Below are positions 18,442 through 27,738 of a stretch of 64,000 bases of DNA, piece after piece; position 1 is the stretch's first letter; every line of letters starts with the position of its first letter. The translations under genes were made by a program, and so were the position numbers. The notes under the pieces are model-generated. The model searched no databases and was not told the DNA's origin. It saw nothing but the letters and a program-made list of their open reading frames with translations. Source of the DNA: a bacterium (GTDB taxonomy: Bacteria > UBA8248); contig CBDATS010000004.1 in the NCBI GenBank assembly GCA_965200245.1, forward strand, positions 960,001 through 1,024,000, read 5' to 3'.

Positions 18442-19791
18442 CTATTCCGGCAAGTCGAAGCGAGGCTCGCCGCGCGACTTCGCCGAGAAGTCGAAGTAAG
18501 GCGAATCCTCGATGCACTCGTCGTAGTGCGAGGAACCCGTGAAGACGATGGGGCCGTCGGGGCCGACAAGTACATTCTCTTCTAGGCGCACCGTCTGCGG
18601 GAGACCCGGGTGGCCGGCGAACGTCTCGATGGCGAAGTACATGTTCTCCTTGATCTCCACCGGGTAATCGAGGCTGTAGGCGCGGCTGATCCACATGCCC
18701 TCATACAAGTCGAGGCCGATGGAGTGGGCGAACTGCTGGAGCGTCACCGTACCGTACCTGTCGTCGGCATAGACGGGGAACTGCTCAGCCACGTCCTTGG
18801 AGGTCTTGCCCGGCACGAGCTGGCTCATGCCGGCGTACATGGTATCGTAGACCTCTCTGTAGAGTTCTTTTTCCTTCTTCGTCCAGCCGCCGCCGCACTT
18901 GAAGCAGCGCACGTAGTCGACGAAGTAGCCGCCCGGTCCGATGGCGTTGATGTCGACGACAACGAGATCGCCGTCCCTGATCATCTTGTCGGTGTGCCAA
19001 CGACGGTAGGGACTGGTGTTGCCGCCCGAGGCCACGATGATGTCGTATACGAAATCGAAGCCCTCTTCATAAAGCAGGTTGTTCACCCACGCAGTGAGGT
19101 CGCACTCGCGAATGCCGGGCTTGAGCCACTCGTTCCTGATCTTCCACATGCAGGTATCGCCGATGGTCGAACTGATTTTCAGGCATTCAATCTCTTCAGG
19201 CGTCTTGATGACGCGCGCCTCGCTCATCGCCGGCCACGCGTTCACAAGGTTCACGCCCTTCTCGGTGAAGGCGCTGTAGGCCTGCATGTCCATGATGTCG
19301 ATGCCAATCCGCCCGTTGAGCGGAATGTTGTTCTCCTTGAGAACATCGATGACCGAATCCGCCATGCGGTTCACCATCATTTGCTCGGCGGTCTCGGACC
19401 ATTTCCAGGTGATGGCGGGGCGGATGTTGCCCTCGAGCCAGGGCGCGTCGATCTTCGCGCACTCGTAGTCCGATCCTGCTGTCTCGAACAGCACCGGCGT
19501 ATCCGCTCCCCTGCAAAGCACGGCATAGCGGATAAAGATATTGTTCTTCCAGTTGCCCTGGAAGACCGACGCGGTGTAGCGGATGTTCTCGCCCTTGTAC
19601 ATGATGATGGCATCCATGTCGTGCTTTTCCATCATCGCCTTGGCGCGGTCGAGCCTGTCCTTTCTCATCCTGTCGAAGTCGACGCGGCGCTGCCAATCAC
19701 TGCCCGTCTGGCTGAAGACGCGCCGGGGAGACTGGTAATGCTCTTTCTGCAAAAAGTCCATCGGCATGCCTTGCTTACTCATTTCCACCAT
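18442..19791 (-). CDS. M24 family (Xaa-Pro peptidase-like) hydrolase, metal ligands intact
   Basis: RVIKTPEEI, VVDI..YFVDYVR, HSIGL, AIET, VRLEE (D,D,H,E,E). AGGAGG RBS. Confidence 0.85.
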   Translation of the reverse strand: MVEMSKQGMPMDFLQKEHYQSPRRVFSQTGSDWQRRVDFDRMRKDRLDRAKAMMEKHDMDAIIMYKGENIRYTASVFQGNWKNNIFIRYAVLCRGADTPVLFETAGSDYECAKIDAPWLEGNIRPAITWKWSETAEQMMVNRMADSVIDVLKENNIPLNGRIGIDIMDMQAYSAFTEKGVNLVNAWPAMSEARVIKTPEEIECLKISSTIGDTCMWKIRNEWLKPGIRECDLTAWVNNLLYEEGFDFVYDIIVASGGNTSPYRRWHTDKMIRDGDLVVVDINAIGPGGYFVDYVRCFKCGGGWTKKEKELYREVYDTMYAGMSQLVPGKTSKDVAEQFPVYADDRYGTVTLQQFAHSIGLDLYEGMWISRAYSLDYPVEIKENMYFAIETFAGHPGLPQTVRLEENVLVGPDGPIVFTGSSHYDECIEDSPYFDFSAKSRGEPRFDLPE

Positions 19792-19892
19792 CAAGATTCC
19801 TCCTATACGGAATAAGGGGTGAAGCATTCCAAAAAAACGACACCAACAAACGTCCGACAATTCCGACAACCATCAAGCGCACCCTGTCCCTC

Positions 19893-20627
19893 TCAGACGC
19901 GCAGTTCACCTCCGTTTCTGGATACGGCCAGCGCCTCCTTGAGTCGCGCGCCTTCGGCCGCCATGTGTTCGCGCATGGCGAGCGCGGCGCTTTCCGGTTC
20001 GCCCGCCTCGACCGCAGCCAGGAGCTTCTCGTGCTGGAGAAGCGCCTCGTCCGGCTGGCCGGGCGTTCCGATGATCTTGCGTTGGCTCTTCTCGATGAGA
20101 TCCGCAATGGCCTCCCACACCGTCCGCAAGACAGCGTTTTCCGCCGCTTCGCACAGTGCACGGTGCCAAGCGACGCCCGCGCGCACGAAGGCTTCGGGCC
20201 TCTCGATGCGTTTTCGCATCTCCTCGGTGTGGCCTCGCAGGCACTCCAGATGCTGTTCGGTCTTGTGCTGCGCCGTCAGGCGCGCAATTTGCTCTTCCAG
20301 TCCCTGACGCACCTCCCACAGTTCAAGAAGGGTGTCTTCCTTCACGTCAAGCAGAAAGGCCAGGCTCTCGCGCACAGTGGCGAGATAGGGGTCCACCGTG
20401 AGGTTTCGAAGAAATGCGCCCTGCCCGCTCCTCACCTCGATGAGTCCCGTGGTGTCGAGCGCGCGCAGGGCCTCTCGCACGGAGGGCCTCCCGATACCTA
20501 GCGTCGCCGCGAGTTCACGCTCAGAGGGCAGCCGGTCGCCAGGCGTGAGCTTGCGCGAGCGGATGAGCTGCTGGATCTGCTCCACCACGTCTTCGTAGAG
20601 CCTCGTTTTTCTCACTGGCCTGAGCAA
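19893..20627 (-). CDS. FadR/GntR family transcriptional regulator
   Basis: LTPGDRLPSERELA..GRPSVREAL wHTH plus FCD domain. TTG start behind GGGAGG. Confidence 0.92.
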   Translation of the reverse strand: MLRPVRKTRLYEDVVEQIQQLIRSRKLTPGDRLPSERELAATLGIGRPSVREALRALDTTGLIEVRSGQGAFLRNLTVDPYLATVRESLAFLLDVKEDTLLELWEVRQGLEEQIARLTAQHKTEQHLECLRGHTEEMRKRIERPEAFVRAGVAWHRALCEAAENAVLRTVWEAIADLIEKSQRKIIGTPGQPDEALLQHEKLLAAVEAGEPESAALAMREHMAAEGARLKEALAVSRNGGELRV

Positions 20628-20716
20628 GAAATCGCCTCCCTGGTGTGGAAACCGTCCTGAGTGATGCGCAAAAGCCACACGGGAACCATCACCAGTCTTA
20701 ATCCACCCGAACACTT

Positions 20717-20763
20717 CTGGTCAGATGGTATGACCAATACTAGCCCCCGCACCCCCTTGTCAA
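20717..20763 (-). promoter_or_regulatory. FadR/PdhR-type operator and putative sigma70 promoter of the GntR operon
   Basis: TGGTATGACCA palindrome at 20726-20736 with an adjacent TGGTCAGA half-site. TTGACA at 20763-20758; -10 spacing is non-ideal. Confidence 0.55.
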
Positions 20764-20813
20764 CAGGCACAAGCCCATTTTCATACAGTGACCCGTGCGT
20801 CTTTGGCCCCGCG

Positions 20814-20843
20814 TTGCCGTCGCCTCGTTTCCGCGCGTATAAT
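20814..20843 (+). promoter_or_regulatory. Sigma70-type promoter of the 20893-27568 operon
   Basis: TTGCCG-N18-TATAAT. Confidence 0.55.
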
Positions 20844-20892
20844 CGATTCCCGTCTGGCGCGCGCACGACACCCGCTCAGCAGGGATGAGGTT

Positions 20893-21744
20893 TTGAGACT
20901 CGATTACGCTTTATCGGCGCATCTGTTCGCCTATGAACAGCTTCGTTTCGAGCATTTGAAGGAAACGGCGGAGGCGGGTTTCGCGAAAATCGAGCTTTGG
21001 GCGATGACACCCAATTTCGACGTGACGGAGAAGAACGGACTCGCCTCCCTGAAAGACTGGTTAACAGATATTTCTCTCGAGGCGCCCACCTTCCATGCGC
21101 CTTTTTATGCCGATCTGAGCGAGGCCAGAAAGGGGCGTTGGCTCTCCCTTGCCGACCCCGACGCCGATGCACGCGAGAGAGCCATCGAACAGACGACAAA
21201 CGCCCTGCGCGCCTTTCGCCCCCTGGGAGCCAGAATCGCCGTGCTCCACCCGAGCGCGCCCGGTAAAGCGGGGGATGGAGAAACCTACGAGGCGCTGGAA
21301 ACGAGCATCGGCCGCCTGCTGCCGATATCCGAGGAGACCGACACCATTCTTGCGCTCGAGAACATACCTTCCGCCCTGGGCCGCTCAGAACCGCTCGCCG
21401 CATTCACGGCCCGCATCGACCATCCGCGGCTTAAAATCTGCATTGACACAGGCCACGCCCTCATCACCGAGGGAGAAAACACGCCGGGTGCTATCGAGCG
21501 GCTCGCTCCCCATTGTGTCGCAACACATCTGCATGACAACGACGGGCGAAACGACGCGCACCTGATACCCGGCGAGGGTGCGTTCCGGTGGCCTTCTATT
21601 TTCGCTGCGCTCGACGCCCGGGGCTATTCGGGGTCGCTCACACTCGAACTCAGAAGGAAGGAGGAGCCCTACGCCGAGACGCTGGGCGCCGCAGCGCGCG
21701 CTGTTCGCTCGCTCGCTTCAGAGAGCAAGACGGGTTCCGCATGA
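20893..21744 (+). CDS. Sugar phosphate isomerase/epimerase (xylose isomerase-like TIM barrel)
   Basis: LALEN, ICIDTGH, HLHDNDG..DAHLIPGEG, LTLE metal motifs. Confidence 0.85.
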   Translation: MRLDYALSAHLFAYEQLRFEHLKETAEAGFAKIELWAMTPNFDVTEKNGLASLKDWLTDISLEAPTFHAPFYADLSEARKGRWLSLADPDADARERAIEQTTNALRAFRPLGARIAVLHPSAPGKAGDGETYEALETSIGRLLPISEETDTILALENIPSALGRSEPLAAFTARIDHPRLKICIDTGHALITEGENTPGAIERLAPHCVATHLHDNDGRNDAHLIPGEGAFRWPSIFAALDARGYSGSLTLELRRKEEPYAETLGAAARAVRSLASESKTGSA

Positions 21745-22763
21745 CGAAGAGTCTGACCGGGCACACGCTGGCGCACGATCGTCTGAACACCCTAGCGCGT
21801 GATTGTTTCGGAACCGGCGTGTCGTCTCTCACACCCCTTGCCGGCGACGCCTCGACACGCGATTACGTCCGGCTCACCCACACGGGAGGAATACGCCCAA
21901 GTTCCATCGGCATGATCATGCCGGAGCCTTTCACGAAAGGGACGCTCTCCTTCATCGACGTGCAGGCGCATCTGAAGGAGATCGGTGTCAGAGTCCCCGA
22001 GATTTTCGAGATGGACGAGGCGACGGGTATCATCCTGCTGGAGGATTGCGGTGATGAATCGCTGGAAGACGTATGGCGGAGCGGCGGATGGAAGAGTGCG
22101 GCGCCGTTCTACGACGCCGCACTTGATTTGATGGCCCTGATGCAGGGGGCCCCTGCAGAGCCTGCTGGCGGGAGAACCGCGCTCACGCGGCGCTTCGACG
22201 CTCAATTTTTCACAAACGAACTCCACCACACGCGAAAATATGCCTTCGAAAACCTCCTCGGGACAGAGACCGATGCGCGCGCGCTGGATGCGGCCTTTCT
22301 CGAACTGTGTGAGGAAATCTGCCGGATTCCCTTCCGGCTCACTCACCGCGACTACCACAGCAGGAATCTGATGGTTCTGAACGATACCGTGTTCGCAATA
22401 GATTTTCAGGATGCACGCATGGGACCCGCCACTTACGATCTGGCTTCTCTCGTTTTTGACAGCTACGTCGATTTAGAGGAAGAGGCGCGCGCCCGGCTCA
22501 TCGAACGCTACTGGGAGACTTGCGGCCACCGCCCCTTCTCGGATAAAAAAGAATACGAACGCGCCCTGCACGGGACAGCCATACAGCGGAACCTGAAGGC
22601 CATCGGTACCTTCGCCTATCAAAAAGCGGTGCGCGGGTCGGACCGCTATCTGGCGAGTATTCCGCATACCGCAAGGATGGTCTGCCGGCATTTCGAAAAG
22701 AGGAGGGACCTGGCTGGTCTGCGCACCCTGCTTGATCCTTTCCTCCATAAGCTTCTCGCATAA
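21741..22763 (+). CDS. amgK: AmgK-like anomeric MurNAc/GlcNAc kinase (APH fold)
   Basis: LAGDASTRDYVR, LLED.GD, HRDYHSRNLM, IDFQDA.MGP.TYDLASL, QRNLKAIGTF. Confidence 0.75.
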   Translation: MTKSLTGHTLAHDRLNTLARDCFGTGVSSLTPLAGDASTRDYVRLTHTGGIRPSSIGMIMPEPFTKGTLSFIDVQAHLKEIGVRVPEIFEMDEATGIILLEDCGDESLEDVWRSGGWKSAAPFYDAALDLMALMQGAPAEPAGGRTALTRRFDAQFFTNELHHTRKYAFENLLGTETDARALDAAFLELCEEICRIPFRLTHRDYHSRNLMVLNDTVFAIDFQDARMGPATYDLASLVFDSYVDLEEEARARLIERYWETCGHRPFSDKKEYERALHGTAIQRNLKAIGTFAYQKAVRGSDRYLASIPHTARMVCRHFEKRRDLAGLRTLLDPFLHKLLA

Positions 22764-22778
22764 AGGAGTCATCCCCCT

Positions 22779-23372
22779 TTGGATTTCCTGAAAACGACAT
22801 TTCTCACATCGGTAGAGCTTTGCCTGTATGATTTCCTGCACACCGAAGAAATACCGCAGAGCGAAGCGAGAACCGAGGTCGAACACACTGTCCTCGACGG
22901 CGCATCGGAGAATCGCCATCTCATCACCGACGTGCAGGGCGAGACATTGACGGCGAGACGCTTCGAGCGGGGCGAGAAGTGTTTCGCCGCGCTCGAATCC
23001 GGCAAGGTGGTGAGCTACATCTGGGGGGCACGCGGCGTGGTCGGGGTAGAGGAAATCGACCAGGCCGTGAAACCGGCACCCAGGGAAATTTATCTCTACG
23101 ACGCATTCACCCTCGAACCCTGGCGGGGAAGGAACCTCTATCCCTCCGTTCTGAGGCGCGCCCTCGAATACGCCGAGAAGCTGGGCCTCACACGCTCTCT
23201 CATCTTCGTCGAGGCAAACAACGCGGCTTCGAGGCGCGGGGTGGACAAGGCGGGCTTCATCCAGTTTCAGACGCTCTACCACAACCGCTTTTTCCTCTTT
23301 ACCCGCTCGCGTCTGTCGGACCCCCTGGAGGGACACCCGACGGCCACGTTCGTAGATCTTAAATTTGCCTAG
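22779..23372 (+). CDS. GNAT family N-acetyltransferase
   Basis: YLYDAFTLEPWRGRNL acetyl-CoA motif and N..S....K.GF. Confidence 0.8.
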   Translation: MDFLKTTFLTSVELCLYDFLHTEEIPQSEARTEVEHTVLDGASENRHLITDVQGETLTARRFERGEKCFAALESGKVVSYIWGARGVVGVEEIDQAVKPAPREIYLYDAFTLEPWRGRNLYPSVLRRALEYAEKLGLTRSLIFVEANNAASRRGVDKAGFIQFQTLYHNRFFLFTRSRLSDPLEGHPTATFVDLKFA

Positions 23373-23421
23373 CGGTGAAAACCGCGCATTTACCAGGCGC
23401 GATAGATGCGAAGGAACCCAG

Positions 23422-24441
23422 ATGTCGCAAAATTCATGCTCCTCTCTGCAGATAGAAGCCTTCAACTCGCCCGAGGCATTCCAGAACCTGGAAGCCGAGT
23501 GGCGCGCGCTGATGGCGCGTTCCACCCACGCGCATCCCTTTTATGACCCCGCGTGGCATGCCGCGTGGTGGCGCAACTTCGGCGCGGGCGAGTTGCACAT
23601 CTATACCCTGCGCGATGAGGGAGGCACTCTCGCGGGCGTGGCACCCTTCGTACTGAGCGAGGGTGAACGCCTGCGCCTGACGGGAGGGGACGACCTCTCG
23701 GACTATCTCGACATCATAGTTGCCGACGGAGCGCACCTCGCGTGCTGGCGATCGATCCTCGCCGCCATCGAAGGGCCGGATGCTCCTGCATGGCGCGAAC
23801 TCTCCCTTCGGGGAATACCCGAGAATTCGCCCACTATCGCGGCAATGGAGGAGTTAACGGGTGGGACGGCTGATGTTTCGGAAGAGGAAGTCTGCCCGGT
23901 CATCCCTCTTCCCGATTCGTGGAACGAATACACCGGGATGCTCGCGCCTCGGGACGAGCGGGATATAAGGCGCAAGATCCGCAAAGCCAACATGGAGGCG
24001 GGGCTGGAATACGGTCGCACCGAATCGGCTGACGCGCTCGCCTCCGACCTGGAAAGGTTCATCGAACTTCACGCCCTGAGCCAGCAGGAAAAGGCGGATT
24101 TCTGGAACGCCAAAAGGAAGGCCTTTTTCGAGGATGCGACAAGGGCAATGCTCGAACTCGGCTGTCTGGATTTGACAATCATGCGTGTAGACGGCCATCC
24201 CGTCGCCGCCAATCTCTCGTTCGATTACGCGAACAGGATATATCTCTACAACTCGGGCTTCGACCCGGCGGAACATGAGTTGAGTGCGGGCCTGGTGCTG
24301 ATCGCCCACAACCTGGAGGAGGCGATACGGGCGGGACGCGCATCTTTCGACATGCTGAGGGGCGATGAGGCCTATAAATACCGTTTCGGCGCAAGGGATG
24401 AGCGCGTAATGCGCGTACGGATCGAGAGGAGCACGCGATGA
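23422..24441 (+). CDS. Double-domain GNAT (CelD/BcsL, Acetyltransf_6, Fem-like)
   Basis: W..AWW..FG, SDYLD, LPDSWNEY, YLYNSGFDP, FDMLRGDEAYKYRFG. Confidence 0.85.
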   Translation: MSQNSCSSLQIEAFNSPEAFQNLEAEWRALMARSTHAHPFYDPAWHAAWWRNFGAGELHIYTLRDEGGTLAGVAPFVLSEGERLRLTGGDDLSDYLDIIVADGAHLACWRSILAAIEGPDAPAWRELSLRGIPENSPTIAAMEELTGGTADVSEEEVCPVIPLPDSWNEYTGMLAPRDERDIRRKIRKANMEAGLEYGRTESADALASDLERFIELHALSQQEKADFWNAKRKAFFEDATRAMLELGCLDLTIMRVDGHPVAANLSFDYANRIYLYNSGFDPAEHELSAGLVLIAHNLEEAIRAGRASFDMLRGDEAYKYRFGARDERVMRVRIERSTR

Positions 24442-25742
24442 ACGCAGAAACGACCCGCCTCGCCATCCTCTCGATGCACACCGACCCCCTCGCCCCCCTG
24501 GGAGGAGACCTGACGGGAGGGATGAACGTCTATGTGCGCGAAATCGCAAAGGCACTCGCGGGCCTGGGCGTTCGAGCGGACATATTCACCCGCCTGGAAT
24601 CGGATTCATGCGAGCGCGAAGTCCCCATCACGCCGGAGACACGTCTCATCCGGATCGAGACAGGCCCCAGGAAAAAACTCGACAAGGACGTACAAGTCGA
24701 ATGGGCGGATGCCTTCGCACAGGGGATTGCAGCCTTTGCGGAAAAAAACGGGAGGCGTTATGACGGCATTTCCGCCCACTACTGGCTATCGGGCCTCGCA
24801 GGCGAGAATTTAGCCAAAGCGTGGGATGTTCCCCTCACACTTCGCTTCCATACCCTGGCCTCGCTCAAAAACGACGCCCTGCCCGTCGACACCAGGCTCG
24901 AATCCGACGTACGACTCCACACCGAACCCGAACTCGCACGGGCGGCGGACGCCGTACTCGCCTCATCGCCCGCCGAGGCACGTGCGATCAGGGAGATAGC
25001 GGGTTCGGCGGAAATCCATGTCGTCCCCTGCGGGGTGGATCTGGAGCGATTCAGACCGTATCCGAAGAGTGAAGCGCGCGCATGGCTGGACCTGAAACCA
25101 GACCTTCCATATGTCCTGAGTGTGGGCCGTATCGAACGCGTGAAGGGTCTTGACAGGCTCATCAAGGCCTTTGCCCTCATGCGCAAAGAACGCCCGGGAA
25201 TCGATGCACGCCTCCTGCACATAGGCGGCGAGATACGAGATGGCGCAGAGAGAACCGGGAAAAGCTATCGCGCAGCGGATTTTGCCTCACCCGCCCAAGC
25301 GGCGGAGGTCGCGCGGCTGGAAGGACTCTCGCAGAATCTCGGCGTGGCGGATGCCGTGCTCTTCAGGGGAGCGAAACCGCAAGAGTCGCTGCCGCTGTAT
25401 TATTCCGCTGCCGACCTTTTCGCGCTGCCGTCTCGCTATGAGAGTTTCGGCCTCACCGCCGTCGAGGCCGCCGCCTGCGGATTGCCGACGCTCGCCTTCG
25501 ACGTGGGCGGCGTGTCGCAAGCGGTACGCGAGGGCGTGAGCGGCCGTCTCGTCGCGGAGGGAGACATACACACCTACGCGCAGATGATGCTCCAAACCCT
25601 CGACAACCCCGATGATCATCCCAATCGCGCGGCCCTACAATGGGCTGCATCTTTCGCCTGGAAACGTGTGGCGGAGGAGGAACTTGAAATCTGGGCACGT
25701 CTTCGTCAGGGGGCCGTGCTCTCGACGCACGACGCTTCATGA
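24438..25742 (+). CDS. GT4 glycosyltransferase, MshA-like
   Basis: AILSMHTDPLAPLGGDLTGGMNVYV, AHYWLSG, FHTLA..KN, GRIERVKG, PSRYESFGL..EA are MshA signatures. Confidence 0.85.
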   Translation: MNAETTRLAILSMHTDPLAPLGGDLTGGMNVYVREIAKALAGLGVRADIFTRLESDSCEREVPITPETRLIRIETGPRKKLDKDVQVEWADAFAQGIAAFAEKNGRRYDGISAHYWLSGLAGENLAKAWDVPLTLRFHTLASLKNDALPVDTRLESDVRLHTEPELARAADAVLASSPAEARAIREIAGSAEIHVVPCGVDLERFRPYPKSEARAWLDLKPDLPYVLSVGRIERVKGLDRLIKAFALMRKERPGIDARLLHIGGEIRDGAERTGKSYRAADFASPAQAAEVARLEGLSQNLGVADAVLFRGAKPQESLPLYYSAADLFALPSRYESFGLTAVEAAACGLPTLAFDVGGVSQAVREGVSGRLVAEGDIHTYAQMMLQTLDNPDDHPNRAALQWAASFAWKRVAEEELEIWARLRQGAVLSTHDAS

Positions 25743-25770
25743 ATCCATCGAAAAAAGGAAGGAAACACAA

Positions 25771-26463
25771 GTGAGTCAGGAGGAATTCAGAAACATACTC
25801 GTCGTCGTCGCGCATCCCGACGATGCGGAACTATCCGCCGGGGGAAGCATCGCTCGCTGGACGCGGGAGGGTGCCACGGTGCAAACGGTCATCTGCACGA
25901 ACGGGGACAAGGGCACGAAAGACGACATCAGCCCCTTCGACCTCGCCAAGATGCGTGAGGCGGAACAACTGGAAGCTTCCCGTATCCTGGGCGTCGAGGA
26001 AACCATCTTCCTGCGACACCGGGACGGGGAACTCGAGGACACGCGTGCTTTCAGGAACCAGATCGCCTTCCTGATCCGCCATCTCAAGCCCGACACCATT
26101 CTGACCCACGACCCCTGGCGCACCTACTACCAGCATCCCGACCACCAGGCCATCGGCCACGCCACGTTCAAGGCGGTGGTCTACGCGCGGGATCACCATT
26201 TCCTGCCCGAACTCACATACGCAGGCATCGGTCCACACCACACGAAAAACCTGCTTTACCTCAACACGCGCGAGCCGAATTTCTTCGTGGACATCACGGA
26301 GACATTCGACGTGAAAGTCCGTGCCGTCTGCGCACACAAATGCCAGATCAAAAACCCCGAGGCGTTCGAGAAGCGCACACGCCAGCGTCTGGAGGACGCA
26401 GGCCGTGCGGCGGGTCTCCCCATGGCGGAACCTTTCGTCATCACACGGATGCGTGAAGGCTAG
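25771..26463 (+). CDS. PIG-L family de-N-acetylase (BshB/MshB/LmbE-like)
   Basis: AHPDDAE, T.G.KG, R..E, HPDH and H..Q motifs. Confidence 0.88.
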   Translation: MSQEEFRNILVVVAHPDDAELSAGGSIARWTREGATVQTVICTNGDKGTKDDISPFDLAKMREAEQLEASRILGVEETIFLRHRDGELEDTRAFRNQIAFLIRHLKPDTILTHDPWRTYYQHPDHQAIGHATFKAVVYARDHHFLPELTYAGIGPHHTKNLLYLNTREPNFFVDITETFDVKVRAVCAHKCQIKNPEAFEKRTRQRLEDAGRAAGLPMAEPFVITRMREG

Positions 26464-26470
26464 AGCACTC

Positions 26471-27568
26471 ATGTGCGAACAGGCACCCGAGGCCAGGGCC
26501 GGTCAGTTCATCATGGCCGGTTTCGAGGGATTGGCGCCCCCGCCCTCGCTCATAGAGCGTGTGCGCGCGGGCAGAATCGGCGGCATCATCCTGTTTGCCA
26601 GAAATGCCGAATCCGCTCGCCAGATCGCAACCTTGATCTCCTCCCTGCAGGAAGCCGCTCTCGCCTCCCCGCTCGAAAGCCCTCTCCTCATGGGAATCGA
26701 CCAGGAAGGCGGGCGCGTGAGCAGGCTCCCGGATGACTTCACGATCTTTCCAGCGGCGCGCGTCTTCGGCGAGGCTGGCGACCCCGCCCTCGCGCGCGAA
26801 GCCGCAAGAGTCACCGGAGCGGAACTGGAAGCCATCGGCGTGAACGTGAATTTCGCGCCCGTGACTGACATCCTCACGAACGCAGAATGCGCCGTCCTCG
26901 GCGACCGCGCCTTTGGAGAGACCCCCGAAGCCGTCGCGCACATCGGCGAGGCAATAATTCACGGCCTGCAGGAAACCGGCGTCGCTGCGTGCGCCAAACA
27001 TTTCCCGGGCATCGGGGAGATGGCTCCCGACCCCCATGAGACGCTGCCGACCTCGCGCCTCACGCTTGACGACATAAGAGCGCGCGAACTGAAACCCTTT
27101 CGGAATCTCATCCGCCGTGCGCCTCCCGCCTGCGTCATGGTGGCCCACGCTGTTTTCGAGGAGATAGACGGGACAGCACCCGCAAGCCTCTCGCCTGTTT
27201 TTCTGGAGAACATTCTGCGCGGTGAACTCGGATTCCAGGGCGTTGCCATAACCGACGACCTCGACATGGGCGCGATAGACGACCCGGCTGATGCCGCGCT
27301 CCGCGCCATTTTCGCAGGGGCGGAAATCGCCCTCATCTGCCATTCAGAAGACGCGCAGGAACGCGCTGTCGAAACCATTGCGCGCGCGATCCGGGGAGGA
27401 GACATCTCTCCCGAGCGCGAAATGGCCGCATCGGATCGGATACGCAGACTGAGAGAGAGCTATTACCGTCCGAACTGGCGACCGGAGATGATCGAAATCA
27501 TCGGCAGTGCCGAGCATGAAAGAGCCAGAGAGAGAATCCTCGCAGCTTTGGAGAGAGCCGGACAATGA
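26471..27568 (+). CDS. nagZ: GH3 beta-N-acetylhexosaminidase
   Basis: GIILFARN, IDQEGGRVSR, KHFPGIG....DPH, ITDDLDMGA. Confidence 0.88.
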   Translation: MCEQAPEARAGQFIMAGFEGLAPPPSLIERVRAGRIGGIILFARNAESARQIATLISSLQEAALASPLESPLLMGIDQEGGRVSRLPDDFTIFPAARVFGEAGDPALAREAARVTGAELEAIGVNVNFAPVTDILTNAECAVLGDRAFGETPEAVAHIGEAIIHGLQETGVAACAKHFPGIGEMAPDPHETLPTSRLTLDDIRARELKPFRNLIRRAPPACVMVAHAVFEEIDGTAPASLSPVFLENILRGELGFQGVAITDDLDMGAIDDPADAALRAIFAGAEIALICHSEDAQERAVETIARAIRGGDISPEREMAASDRIRRLRESYYRPNWRPEMIEIIGSAEHERARERILAALERAGQ

Positions 27569-27738
27569 CGGAACAGTTCCGACTTTGATTGAAGAGGCAG
27601 CCGGTTCCGAGGTCCCGGCGTGCGAACGTCCCCGAAATGCGCATCGGATACAGGTCAAGGTTCAAAACGGATTTCCGCATACACAAGAACGACGATCCAA
27701 AACTTTACCCGTCCCGGCAAATGTCCATCGACCATCCA

